DNA of 64,000 nt from Iphione sp. A-MEVVRFRX5 (lineage: Eukaryota): NCBI GenBank assembly GCA_976226885.1, contig OZ320313.1, positions 105,896,001 through 105,960,000 on the forward strand, in the 5' to 3' direction. A program made the position numbers and the translations under genes. The notes beneath the pieces were generated by a model that saw only the letters and a list, made by a program, of their open reading frames with translations, made no database searches and had not been told where the DNA came from. Of the stretch, positions 37,401 through 49,670 are shown piece by piece; position 1 is the stretch's first letter; the number at the start of each line of letters is the position of its first letter.

Positions 37401-38636
37401 CTAGCATTCGCACTCGTCTGCCTCCTCTTTAACCATCCGTCAGTCCATGTCTAGTCCTCCGACACTTTTTTTTTCATCTTCCAGCGCACCCTCCCGCCAC
37501 AAATAGTAACCAGCGGCCCTGTGCCAGCGGTCTCATCACACGCAGACCTCCCTAAATGGACATGTTCTGTCTTGAGAGAAGATTAGGTGCCCGCTACAAA
37601 TGGCTGTCGATCGAAGTCTCAGCAGATGCTTGTCCTGAGCCCAATCCTCCCTCCCCCTTCGAGCCTTAATTCTCTGCCCCTTCTTCCTTCTCCTCTCCTT
37701 GATTCAGTGTAAGCGGGACAGGGATTGCTGGGTACTCTCTCTCCACATGTCCAAACCGCACCCTCTACAACCTTTCTGACCCTTTCAAGGGACCCCCCCA
37801 AGCACATTCGGACTATTCGACCCGTTCGTTATGGCAAGCCACCCATTGGGTGCCCTCGAAACTGTCATAGTAGGCTAGTCATGTGATCACAGGCGGACGG
37901 CGCTGCCTGGTGGGGACCTAGTTCTCAGATGCGACGTCAGGGGGACAAAATGGCGCGTAATGTGGGCATTGTCGTCTGCTCTTATGTAGCCAGACGCTTG
38001 TGTTAAAGCGGCACTATCCAGATAAAAGGGGACTGCTGAAATGGCAGCAATTGCTACTAGAAGATCAAGGCAAGACTGCAAATTGATGGCAAATCGACAG
38101 CATTGGGATGTTATTTGATCACTGTTGTGTCAGTGACATTCTCAAATTCCAAGCTTTCCATACATTGTTTGTGTTTGATGGCTTCCTGGCATAAATATCA
38201 AGGATCTACATGGACATTTTATTTCTTGGAAACAAATTCCTTGCTGGAAGATTATATGAATATTTTCTACAGTGAAATACAATCTGTACCAGTCAGATAT
38301 GTTCAGGTTTCTGGTTTAATTTTGGGGTTTTGGAGTGTTCAGTTTTGCAGTTTTTTTCTGTATTATAGGAGCTCTCCCCCTATCCTGCTAGTGCTAATGA
38401 GTCTCGGTTTGATCTCACTTTATCTCGGCACCCCAGAGTTGATATGGTGAACAAGAAATCTACCAGAGATAGCACGCACAGCCAAGGCAAAACCCAAGCA
38501 GATAAGGCTGGCCGAATGGGAAATCGGCCATTATTCATCGTAGTAACCTAAGGAACGAAATGATGTTTAGCATAAGTTTTTATCATTATTCTTTCTGAAA
38601 TTATTTATTAAGAGCAAGAAATATGCTCTAATGTAT

Positions 38637-38680
38637 GGTCGCGGTCGGGTTACCGGAAACACAGAAATTTTTGTTTAGGC
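38637..38680. mobile_element. Isolated terminus of the same MITE-like family
   Basis: ggtcgcggtcgggttaccggaaacacagaaatttttgtttaggc aligns by eye with 62828-62873 and, inverted, with 62552-62579. Confidence 0.45.
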
Positions 38681-40249
38681 TGAAATTGGTTTCCATGGTT
38701 TTTTCCCCGTTAGTGGATCTCCATGGCTCAACACCTAGAGCAGGATCAGCTGTCTTCGGCTGCTGAGGTCCTGGCAATCGACATATGTATCTCAGAGGAG
38801 ACAAAACCCAAATGTGGTGAACACAGTTAATCGTTAATATTTTGCCCGCTTTTCAACAAATACAGTTCCTTTTATCAATGGCTGGTCTATAAAATGAACC
38901 TGCTAAAGGTTCTTTTGATGGGACCAATTTCGATAAGTTAATATAGCCATGGAACCACTAACTCATAGACAATTTGCAAATCTGTTTAGTACATGTGTAT
39001 CCTATTCTTCTGCTTAATAATGCAGACACTCGTGCCGTGAATCATACAGATTGCCCTTTTATCTATACAAAAAACAAGGAAAACAAAAAATGTATTACAA
39101 AAAAATGTATTACAAATAACGGGAGTGGCCAGCATGCAATGCGAATGGATTTAGCTCGATGTCGCGCCGGTGAACCTTCACAACCTCCGCCATAATTTTA
39201 TGGATATATACCTATATTATACTCCACATAAATTCTCCACAGTCCCTAGCAAACTATTGAGCTGTTTAAGTTTATTTCTCCAACGTTGAACACTATACGC
39301 ACAATGTGCGCATATTATACATTTACATGTGTAAGTTCCTGCGGGGATAAAACATTTTACAATTCTAAAGTAGTCTGATACTCCCCGGTAGCCAGCAAAA
39401 TAAAAGCCCACCAAAAGTAATCCTTTTAATGGCTAAGCACATATACATACCTTGAAGGGGTTTTAATTCAATGTTCCCTATTCTTTATGGCTCTCCCTTT
39501 GCGTCCCTCGCTCTTTCACCCATCACACTGAAGTGTCTCCATTATAATTCAATCTGACAGGGTCCTTTCCTGTGACTATCCAACGGGAGACGCGGGTCAC
39601 CCAAAGGTGCCATGCATAAAGCAACCTTTCCACAAGGCACTAACCGACCAGGGGACCTTTATTAAAGCACGCCCTGGTAGTATTATTCCTGCAGATAGCT
39701 GTCCTCCGCCGATGTGGCCATTCTATTTTCTGCCACATTTAACTTGAGTATTAAGCCCCTCGAAAGCGCCGCCCCAAGGACATATACACACAGCCAATAG
39801 GGAGGCGCAACAGTCCAAGTCACGTGCAGTCCCTGGAGGCTGATAGCGGCTATTTCGGCTTCTATAATAGTGTTTTGTTATGAGGACATGGAAGGGAACA
39901 ATGTTACGGCCATAATTCTAATATTTACCTTCTGGTGGTACACATATACATCTACGACAGTGGCTCTATCTGTGCTAGTTATGCTCAATGGGGATATTAT
40001 GCACAAGCTTTGGTGGGTGAAGGTAGCACATTATATTCATATGTATATATAGTGACCAGTCCATTGGTATTTTGATCTTAATACAGTTCGAATGTCAACC
40101 AGCAGAGGTAGTCTGAAGCTGCCTAAAATCAGGTGTATTTGTAGAGGCCGCAGTGATCATGACCAATATATATTGCGTTGATGTCTGTTTGTAGAAATCA
40201 TTATTCAGATAAAGTCCACGAAGGAAGAGGCTGACGGGAAAGATGAAAG

Positions 40250-40440
40250 AGAACAAGAAGAAGGAGAAGAAGAAGAAGAAGAAGAAGAAGAAGATGATGA
40301 TGAAGAGTAGCGCCAGGGAGACACGTAAGCGAAGGAGGAAGGAGGATGGCAAGAGGATGAGGACAAAAAGACGAAGGAGATGAGGAGGACGAGGAAGGAA
40401 AGGAGAAAGCAGAGGATAAGGAGGACGAAGAGAGAGAGAG
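40250..40440. repeat. (GAA)n microsatellite followed by a polypurine GAG/GGA tract
   Basis: (GAA)n at about 40266-40293, then a purine-dominated tract to about 40440. Confidence 0.9.
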
Positions 40441-43400
40441 TGGGTAGGAGGCCAGGGTAAGGAGTGGTTAAAATGTGCCACGCCTTACTGACGTGCGTTG
40501 TACACCTACGGTGATATCAGAAGAGGAAAGCCATGTCAGCATAGACAGGGTAGTCGTGCCTGGAGACTGGGGGTGAGCATACTGGGGAGGGGTTCCGGCA
40601 GACCAACTTGATTCGGGTTAATAGGATCCCTATTGGTATTGGTCTAGGGAGAAAATGCTTTACGCTATCATGTTGGCGAGCCTTTGTGTGGGACGGCCAA
40701 AGTGACGCCATCGCTCTAAGCATATTTGCTATGCAAAAGGTGATTTAATTACCCTATATAGACTGGGTTTTCCTCTATGGTTGTGACCAGGTTTTGGAAG
40801 AGTCTTTCTTTTTGTTTTTCTACATAGCATCAAATATTAAACTATACCATCGTAAACTGAGATGCCAAATACGAAATTACCACAGTGAACATAGCAGTAT
40901 ATTGCTCTACATCTCCACCAGAAGGTTGTGGTGCATGTTCATACAGCATGGAGCCAGGGTTGTCTACTTTGAAACCATCGGAGGCGAGGAATAAAAAGCA
41001 GCAGACTGTCGAATAAAGCAGTCACCCTTACAAACTCATATTGCATTCGTTTGAGACGACACGTTGCATCGCTCTACTTCCACACGCTATCAGAGTTCTA
41101 CCCACCCACATCAGGAGACGTAGTTGTTGTACCTGCACTGGATGCCACCAAGCATAAACCCAGGCTGATGTTCTCATACTGAATAGTCCAAGGAAGGGAA
41201 GTGAACAACGTTCCAGCCTCTTTGAAAACTGAATATTTTTTTATACATGTATTATGTAATGACATTCCTTTTGCATCAGTGTACCAACATAGACATAGAC
41301 ATGTACAGGTATATGCTAATCTTCAACGGGTATTATTAAGTAAAGCCTTTAAGCCTCTATCGAACCTTCTATGCCTAAAAATTAATATGTTCCTTTTGTG
41401 TCGTTAGAAAATTGGCATTATAAGCAACCGTAGGCCTTTTCATAGTGGTATACTGTACATAAATACTCGTGTTGAATTATTTAGAATCTAACTACAGCTA
41501 CTTTGAGAACTGTTACTCATCTTGTGGATCATGCTCAAAATAACAAGAACCATCAAGTCCCCCACCCCGGATAGGTGTTTCTTGGGAGAGTACAATATCA
41601 AAAGCTGGTACTAAGTGAATGTCCATTTCATGCTTACGTGAGTCTATTCATGTAACCGTTCCATATGTATACAGAAATGTGTACTAATATCCACATCGCC
41701 ACAGTATGTTTTCTTTATTTTTGACCTGCAAAAAGACGAGTGCCAAGGGTCCATATAACAGAACATCATACCAAAAAACAGCCCATTTGATAAAGTAATT
41801 CGGAAGCTATAAGACCTGGATCTAATACTCGGACAACAGTATTCCTGGAGTCCCATCCCCCTCCCCCTCTTTAAGGTGGGGGACAAAAAGGAAGTGAGCT
41901 ACTCATAGGTCTATTGAGTGTGAACGCAACAATTACAGGACGAAAAGAGATGTGCTAGCTTAAGAAGTCCCATCCGCCCTTCTACACGTAAAGTTGCATA
42001 ATTGTGTCAGATTGCTTTGTCATGAATATTGATAAAGAAGTGCTCACCACGCCTGTCAATTAGGCTATGGTTTACCAATCGGTGTCGCAACGGCTATAAC
42101 AAAATTATTTAGGTCATTAAAATGCCGGCGGGAGACGCAGGCACCTCTACAATGAAGGATTTCTATATGAAAAAGGAGACGGATCCCGAACTTAGGTAGA
42201 CTCTTGCATGTATTAAGCGAGGACCATGAGCCAGTAAATCTACCTAAGCATATCAATCAGTGCACACTCCTGCTAATTCTCTTTTTATGTATACACAGTC
42301 GATTTGTTCTCGGATTACCTTTTTCCTCTCTCATATCTGAATATTGTCTGGCTTTCAATCAAAATAGTTTTATTGCTCGTCCCACAGCGTAGAAAAAAGA
42401 GCTCCGTGTTATTTTTTTTATTTCTGATGATAAAGACAAGTTTACGGGGTAGAATAAAACTGATAATACATTTACTGTGCGGAGAGGGGAAAAAGTGCTT
42501 TCTGTTGATAGAATTCATCCACCAAGTGCTGTATAATGGATTATCCTATCGCGGCCTAATGTAGATCTGTATTTTTCCTTTTTATTGTAGAAAACCAACA
42601 ATGCATGAGAAATGAAAAGATTCTATTTTTTAAGCTGCCTAGATTGGTAGAAACTGTAAATATCATGGTGTATGGGTTTGTTTGCATAGTTCATGATGCA
42701 GCTATTTTTGAACAGTTTCCAACCTGAGGCAAGTTGGTGACAGATACAGTAAGGAAATGAAAAGACACACACGTGTGATTAAGCCTGAGGGCATGTGATC
42801 TATCGACTTCCAGTGAGTGGTAAAGTAGATCATGGGATCACGATCAAAGGGTCAGCTATCACCAGCCGTCAGGCCCCATGGGCGGCCCGGAGTTTCGTGG
42901 GAGGGGGGGGGGAGAGGGAGGGAGGTTCGATAACCCATCCCAAGGCAAACCCTGTATGCAGCGACGGTTGCCGTGGGCGAGAATGACTAGTAGAGGCAAA
43001 GACAAGGATAGGATTGGTTGTCAGCGGTGGCACAGGTATGAAACAGACTAGGCGGAGGCGGTGGGAAGGAATGAGAAAAGAAAGGAAGCGACCGTAGAGG
43101 CGGGTTGCAATGGATCATTTTTTTTATCTAAGGTCACGACCCATACAGAACAACCCAGTAATGAAGAGAATGAAGCAAGGTAACACACGGGTCTGAGGCC
43201 TACACCCATCTCTGTGTAGGCTCTGGGAACTAGTTGTTTGAAATATTGGGAAGAGAAAGGAATCACGACAGATAAAATCTAGTATACGGTGCTGTAGAAG
43301 CCAAGGAACTTCAGCTATCCTTGTAATGGCGTTACTACGTGGAATACAAAATCTGGTAGCCAGAAATGAACACCGAAATTACGTCCGGCGGTTCAGAATG

Positions 43401-43914
43401 TCCCCCATCAATATGGACGATAACCATGTACCAGGTTCTTTATAAATGGCTTAGTTGCTTTCCTAGTTAAGACGTTGGCTGTTTGAAAGGAACCAAATTT
43501 AGAGTCTTTCTCTCCAAATATAGCAGAGCACTACTGAGAATTCCCCATCAACGTAATGGGTTTGCTTTAAACTGGATCTCGACTCAACGAGATGAAATGT
43601 TAAGTATTTGCGCACGCTTAGCAAAGCGTGACTAGAGGTGTGACTGACAATTAGCCTTTTCTTGTTGTATAGACCTACACATGCGTTGATTCCTCATTGT
43701 ACCTTTCCAAAGGATATACATGTACACGTACGTACGTCATAAGTAGACATACATGTGTAATTAGATGTAATTCTGTACCAATATTCCATTGTTTATTCTA
43801 CATTTAGCACGAGGCAGTTTGACTCTGGGGTACATGATGGCATGAAAATACAAAGCACTCTCACCTATCTCTAAAAACGCCCTGGACGGGGCGAAGATCG
43901 GAGCTAAAATTCAT

Positions 43915-43944
43915 TTTATTCATTCATGCATTCATTCATTCACC
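43915..43944. repeat. (ATTC)n tract; reads (GAAT)n on the minus strand, a common L2/CR1-type tail
   Basis: tttattcattcatgcattcattcattcacc. Confidence 0.6.
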
Positions 43945-45871
43945 TAGCATATTACCGGCATGGTAACTCATGGCCCTGTGAAATTTAAGACACTGTATGT
44001 TTCACGCCAAAATATGGGAACATACAGTTCGTTATTAGTTTTTCCAATACTTTATCCACCATATCCTAATATAAGCCCAGCCTCTTATAATTCCAATCTG
44101 CTCTTGTTTTTCCCTACCTATTAAGTTTTCCATCTCCTGCCTTTCTCCCCTACTATTATTTCCTCCATGCTATAGCTACTCTCCTTTAAATACGCAATAT
44201 GTGCAATGTAATTTTATACTTGGTAAATGTGTGTTGAAACTGCAACTACTAGAAACATTTGATGCCTACTGGCCTAAACTGGACTTGTCAGGCTCTGAGC
44301 CCATCTTCACTACAGTGTAAATACATGTAAACGTTTAAAAAAAGTCTTTATGCTCTAAGAGAAAATGCAATGACTTGATTGTGCTACTTGAAAGATGGGT
44401 GAGGTAGGGAAACGGAAAATGTCTGAAAGCAGCACAAATACATCTCAGACTCCTCACATTGAAGGTAAGGGAGAGGATTCATAGGGTCAGGATTAACAAT
44501 GTAGAGCTATTGTGATAAATTAAATTATAACTTGAATTATAACACTTCACCATCTAGTGTGAAATGAATTTGCCCATTTCCGCTTCCGCTGATGAGATCT
44601 GCCGTCTTCTGGATACCTCTAATCATGCACCGACCCTCCAAAATACAATGAACCATTAGCATTACCGACTTAATTCCTCCAACGAGCAACGCGTTGAGCA
44701 TGTTTTGAAAGACCGACATCAATATTCATTTCCAAACTTCACCCGGGGATACACCGCCTGAAAGGAGCTCGTTAACGAAGTCGGGCTCTCTTCGGCTGCG
44801 CCATAGAAAATCTACCGTGTGGCTTGGCATTCTGCGTTTAATTGTAAGAACAAAGGACGACCTGGTTCGACGAGGCCTTTATACCTATGGGCCCATTTCC
44901 AGCAGCTTTCATGAGCATTCCTTTCCAATGTTGCGAACGGAACATGATCACAGCAACAATATTAACTCTATAAAACGAAGAATCTGATCTTTCAATTGGG
45001 CATCAACTGATCGAGTAAATGGACGCTCGGCATTTGTTTGATGATAAGCATGAAGGGCCTCATCTGGTGGGCCAAGCTGTTGGGGAGGAATTCAATATAG
45101 GACTCGTAGCTGCGGATAAAACTGGCGTGTGGACATGAACGTTTATAATTCTTTCAATTTAAAACGGCAAAATGCAGAATATAAATGGGACAAAATGCGC
45201 CCAGCTAGCAGACATTATGGTGCTTATGGTCTGGTCCGAGGGATGATGAGATTTTATGGTAATGAGGCCCCCACATATTAAACATTTATCGGCTTACAAT
45301 TCGTGTAGCAGTACGTCCACTGGGAGGGGGTATACTAGATGTGTTTAGCAGATCAAGTAATTAAAAATACAATTAAAATGGAGTGTTTTTAGAGGAGTCC
45401 TGACGTCATATTTCATGGCCTTGGGATCCTGTATAACTGCATGTATAGAAAAGCATATCCATAGATATACTTAGATAACCTCGTATCTATTTGTAAATAG
45501 ATTAAAACAGAAATGATATCTCCTCCTTTCTCGTATGGTTACTTATGTACATCCCTAAATAAACAAAAGTACGCAATTTATGTACATTGTACTCCATGTA
45601 TCTATTTACATCCTGATAAGCATACTGCACTAATATTAGATTTTCATGTGGTTCTGTAATAGTGCCACGGACGCACACGACCTCTTGATAAGCTGGTCCC
45701 GCTGGAAGTAAACGCCACAAATCGCACAGCCCACCCGTTCACGGTGCATGTACATTACTGAACCGCCTACCGTTGTTTGACTACAATATACCATATATCA
45801 TACACGGCCTCCTAACTATAGGTCTATGGCTGTGCGTGTTATTAAATGGAGTGGATAAGGGAGCAGCTCAC

Positions 45872-45970
45872 CGGAATGAGGTTGATCTGCTGCTCCAGCC
45901 GGAGTCGCTCCTTTGCCGCTTGTTTGATGATGGATTCCAGCTCCTGCTGGTCCGTGTACAGCTCGGCATT
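45872..45970 (-). CDS. TSPOAP1/RIMBP2: RIM-binding protein family, internal coding exon (99 nt, phase 0/0): NAELYTDQQELESIIKQAAKERLRLEQQINLIP
   Basis: Acceptor gtctttctag, donor gtgagc. Coiled-coil pattern; plausibly equivalent to the recalled vertebrate segment FDRLLRESQREVLRLQRQIAL. Keeps the frame. Confidence 0.85.
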
Positions 45971-46039
45971 CTAGAAAGACATGAGGGGGGACAATGAATC
46001 GTCAGTTAATAATGAAGGCATAGTTTGTTAAGATGTCGA

Positions 46040-46215
46040 TCTCTTTCTACCACACTCTCCCTGCGTCCCTGCCTCTATATATCTCTCTTTATCTCTCTCG
46101 TCTCTCTCTCTTGTCTCTGTCTGTCTTGTGTCCTTCTCTCTTGTCTCTCTCTGTCTCTATCTCTGTCTTTGTCTCTCTCTCTGTCGACCTTTCGTTTCCC
46201 TCTTTTCCCCTCTGT
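46040..46215. repeat. Degenerate CT/CTGT-rich low-complexity tract
   Basis: Pyrimidine-rich with repeated tctc/tgtc; on the gene's sense strand it is a purine tract just upstream of the 45970 acceptor. Confidence 0.8.
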
Positions 46216-49200
46216 TTTTTTCCTGGTATTCTGTGCCGTCTTTTTTTAAGCAACAGCAAGGGGCCTGTCGTTTAAGAGTAAAGGAGAATAGAAACATCGT
46301 GAGAGACCAAACACACACACACATGCGAGGGCGGGATATGATAAAAAGTGAATGTTTACCTTAGACAGAAAAGAAGGGATGGAGTTGAATGGGAAAAATG
46401 TGTATAAAAAGGTAACGGTTTAGTAGAGGAACGACTCGAACCTGGCAGGGAAGAGACAAGCCCGGCTTTCTTTTCGCAATAAAACATATGGACAGAATAG
46501 TCTGAGGCCAGTATTGCCCTGCAATTACAACTATTGCCCGTCGGCGAATTGCAGATTCTAGTCATGCAGATTACACACAAATGAGAACATGGAATAGAGA
46601 ATGCAGTGGGGGGGGAGGGAAAGGTGTTAAACATAGGGAAGCAGTTATTGCAAAAAGGTACTGGGCGTAAAACTAAGAAAAAAAATGACGACGGAAAGAG
46701 AGAGAGAGAGGAGTAGCCTGCAGGTGGCATAAAACACACAACATAAGGCAGTATATCTTATTGTGTTGTGTTTTTGGTTTGAAAATGAAACAATAAAAAC
46801 AGTGTCCATTATTTTGACGTAAAACCCTCTCCTAAATATTTGTCTTTAATCTTCGTATCAGGAAATATACATAGGTGGTATACATATATCATAAAGGTTC
46901 CTTTCTGGCTACTGTTCGTATTGATTTGATATCTATGTGAAATTGTAAATCTGTGAAAGAAAGATAGCAACAACAATGGATTCGTGTGTTGAAGGGGGTC
47001 CAAACCAATCTGTTCAACAAATTTTTCAACACGCGAATAGGCCTAATATATGCGTATTTGCGCAAAGAATTAATTGAGCGAATATCCTCACTTCCATATT
47101 GCCAATATAAAACAATGAAGGAGAAGAGTATATAGTGACATAAGGCATAATTTAACAGATCAGGCTATCGAAGAGAGCTATGAGAGAGTGGGAAGGGGAC
47201 CAAGACGTAAGAAGTGTTTTCTTTTTCTTCTCCTGGTCTCTCGTATGTCACGGGGACAAAAGCGGTATTAGCCTGCACAGGTCAAAAAGCCCCTTGAACA
47301 GCTGGGTCAGCAGTCTAACATGTCTGGCAATGGTAGGATGTAAGGAGAGAATTAGTCCTAAGGTAATGGGTAGGACAGGTCAGGAGAACAAAGGCTGGGG
47401 TTCAACGGGGACATAAATTCAGGAGAATCTATCTTCAAATGCGAGGCCGTCTCACAAAGCTTGAGACATTTTGAGCGGGAGATTGACAAAAGATTGGGTC
47501 GAGCATAGACAGTTTGAAGCAGAGGGAGGAATTAAAGAGACAGATGGGTATGGATGAGTAGGTGGTAAGTTTCGAGCTGATTAGATCACTTGGTTCTCTG
47601 ATCGAAATGTGCGGGTATTAAATCCTACTTAAGGTCTATGCAATTGGTGATTACTCTTATCACGTGAAATTGAATGTTTAAGTTTGATTTTTTCAAAGAC
47701 AGTAGGCTGAATTCGGATCAGTGCACCTATACACTTAGCAAGAGTTTCTGTTGGACTGAGGAATCACTAATGAATCAAGTCTGGGCATTCATTCTCGAAC
47801 TGCTAAGTCCTGTTTCATGATGTAAATATAGGTACGTCTGAATTCGGCTGACAGACTGAAAATAAGAACACGGGGAAATCGTACGAGCTCATACGAGACG
47901 GGGCGCGTCATCTTTGAGCTTAGAGGCTTTTAGTGGGACCTACAAACCTTCCACGTCACATCCCTGTGTATGTATGCAATGATTTAAAGGTATAAATAAA
48001 AGGTTTTCTGCGGTACAGGGATTAAATATAACGGACACTCCCTCCACATACTTAAGCTACATTTACTTATATCAGTAATGTACATGTATGTACCTGTTAT
48101 CCTGTTGCGAACAAATTTGATTACGTGAATAATACCACTCTAGCCATATTGCACAAATGTTTTTACATGTACATGTATGTCTTCTACAAATTTAGATTTT
48201 CATGATGCTGTGCAATTCTGCGTTGTTTAATATTATGCAATGTGCACATGTTACTGTGAATCCATTATCACGGCAGGGAAAAATATTAAACTTATTGAAA
48301 ACAAATCATTAAAAGATACACTTGTGGACTGAACTTTAAGAACTAGCGACCAGCGTATTCCATGGGCGCACTATGATTTGATAAGTCCTTACGTCATAAA
48401 ACCACCTCCATTTTATTTCTCATCCAGACGGCGCCCTACACCTCACACACTGATATTGTTGGACCTAAATCTTGAATAAATGCGCCTTCATGGCATGGCT
48501 GTCTACCGATGTATTACTTTACAACTCGCAATTCAGGCTACGAATGCAGAGACATGCGCACCATCTGGTGTCTGATACATGAACAATGTGAAGAGCATTT
48601 CGCCAATATACGTATGCGAGAATTTAATAATGTCTGTCGCTCAAACACTTATCTGAGGAATCATCCAGAGCCTTCAATTACGTGGACAAAGGACCCGATG
48701 ATTCACTAAGTGGTGGTGTTTTTAAACAGCGTCAGGACATCCCATTGGAATTGTTAGGGAAGCGGACGAAGAAATAATCTCATTAAGCTGAGTGGTCCTG
48801 GAAAGGCACTGACAGCATGTTTCCTGTTGTTTGGACATTAAGCAATCGTCTGAATCCACCGGCGGGAAAGCCTCATTTCGGTGTACAATAACAACAGCTG
48901 CTTGATTAGGTTGATATTCAAATAGGCGGGAACGGGTCCCCATCTCACATATACATGAATCCTACAGAACAATATGGAGGAGCCAGGACGATGGTAGCGT
49001 CAATGTATGCTTTTCACTTGTAGCAGGAAGATTATTCGATGAAGACTAGACACGAAGAAACACCTTTTACACAAGAGACATCGTTTATACAAGCAGCGAC
49101 GTGGTTGTTTCCAAACTATGGCAAATGTGATTTGGTTTCTGTTTCAAATTTGCATTTTCTTTCCTTTGACTCATAAAATGGAAATAATGTTCAAGTAATA

Positions 49201-49595
49201 TACGTGCGAAACCATGTGGAATGGTTACAGGAAGCATAGCGACATGGTGCAGGAAATAATTTGGGTGGGTCATATTGTGTAGAATCATTAAAAATAGGCT
49301 GAAAGTGACAAAAAGAAACCATAAAAAGGAAAAAGTCGAAGCAACAAAAGCAATTTGAATTGCTATACAATGGATTTTGAGCGGGCGGGTCTTTAATTTG
49401 CAATCAAATCGTCACTGATTCAACTGAAAAAAACCCTGTCATCTGCCCGTCAGTGTTCCTCATCTAGCGCCAGATCGCAATAAATTTGTAATAATTGTCC
49501 TGTTTACGATGATAAGATATACGGCCGGAGCACACACTGAATGAAAGTACTCCCCCCACCCCCCCCCACCCTTAATGTACATGTATGCGTCAACG

Positions 49596-49670
49596 GCTGC
49601 CTGCTGAGCTCACCTAAGGGCCGTACAGGGCGTCCCTATGACCGGGGATTGTCGGGTTAAGTAATAATAC
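49596..49670 (+). mobile_element. Probable SINE/LINE 3' end fragment
   Basis: GC-rich block gctgagctcacctaagggccgtacagggcgtccctatgaccggggattgtcgggtt followed by a short (TAA)n-like tail. It resembles a repeat I recall from amphioxus DNA (unverified). Confidence 0.3.

Larger units (their letters stand above)
6205..45871 (-). other. Apparent 39,667-bp intron of the RIMBP-family gene
   Basis: Lies between the gtgagc donor at 45871 and the cag acceptor at 6205; both flanking exons are phase 0. No convincing coding exon found by eye, but small exons could be missed. Confidence 0.6.

Noticed and set aside
47590-47720. Minus-strand VFEKI...*VGF with RT-like spacing
   Set aside because: Flanking RT motifs (YRPISL, DFxKAFD) are not recoverable; likely coincidence.
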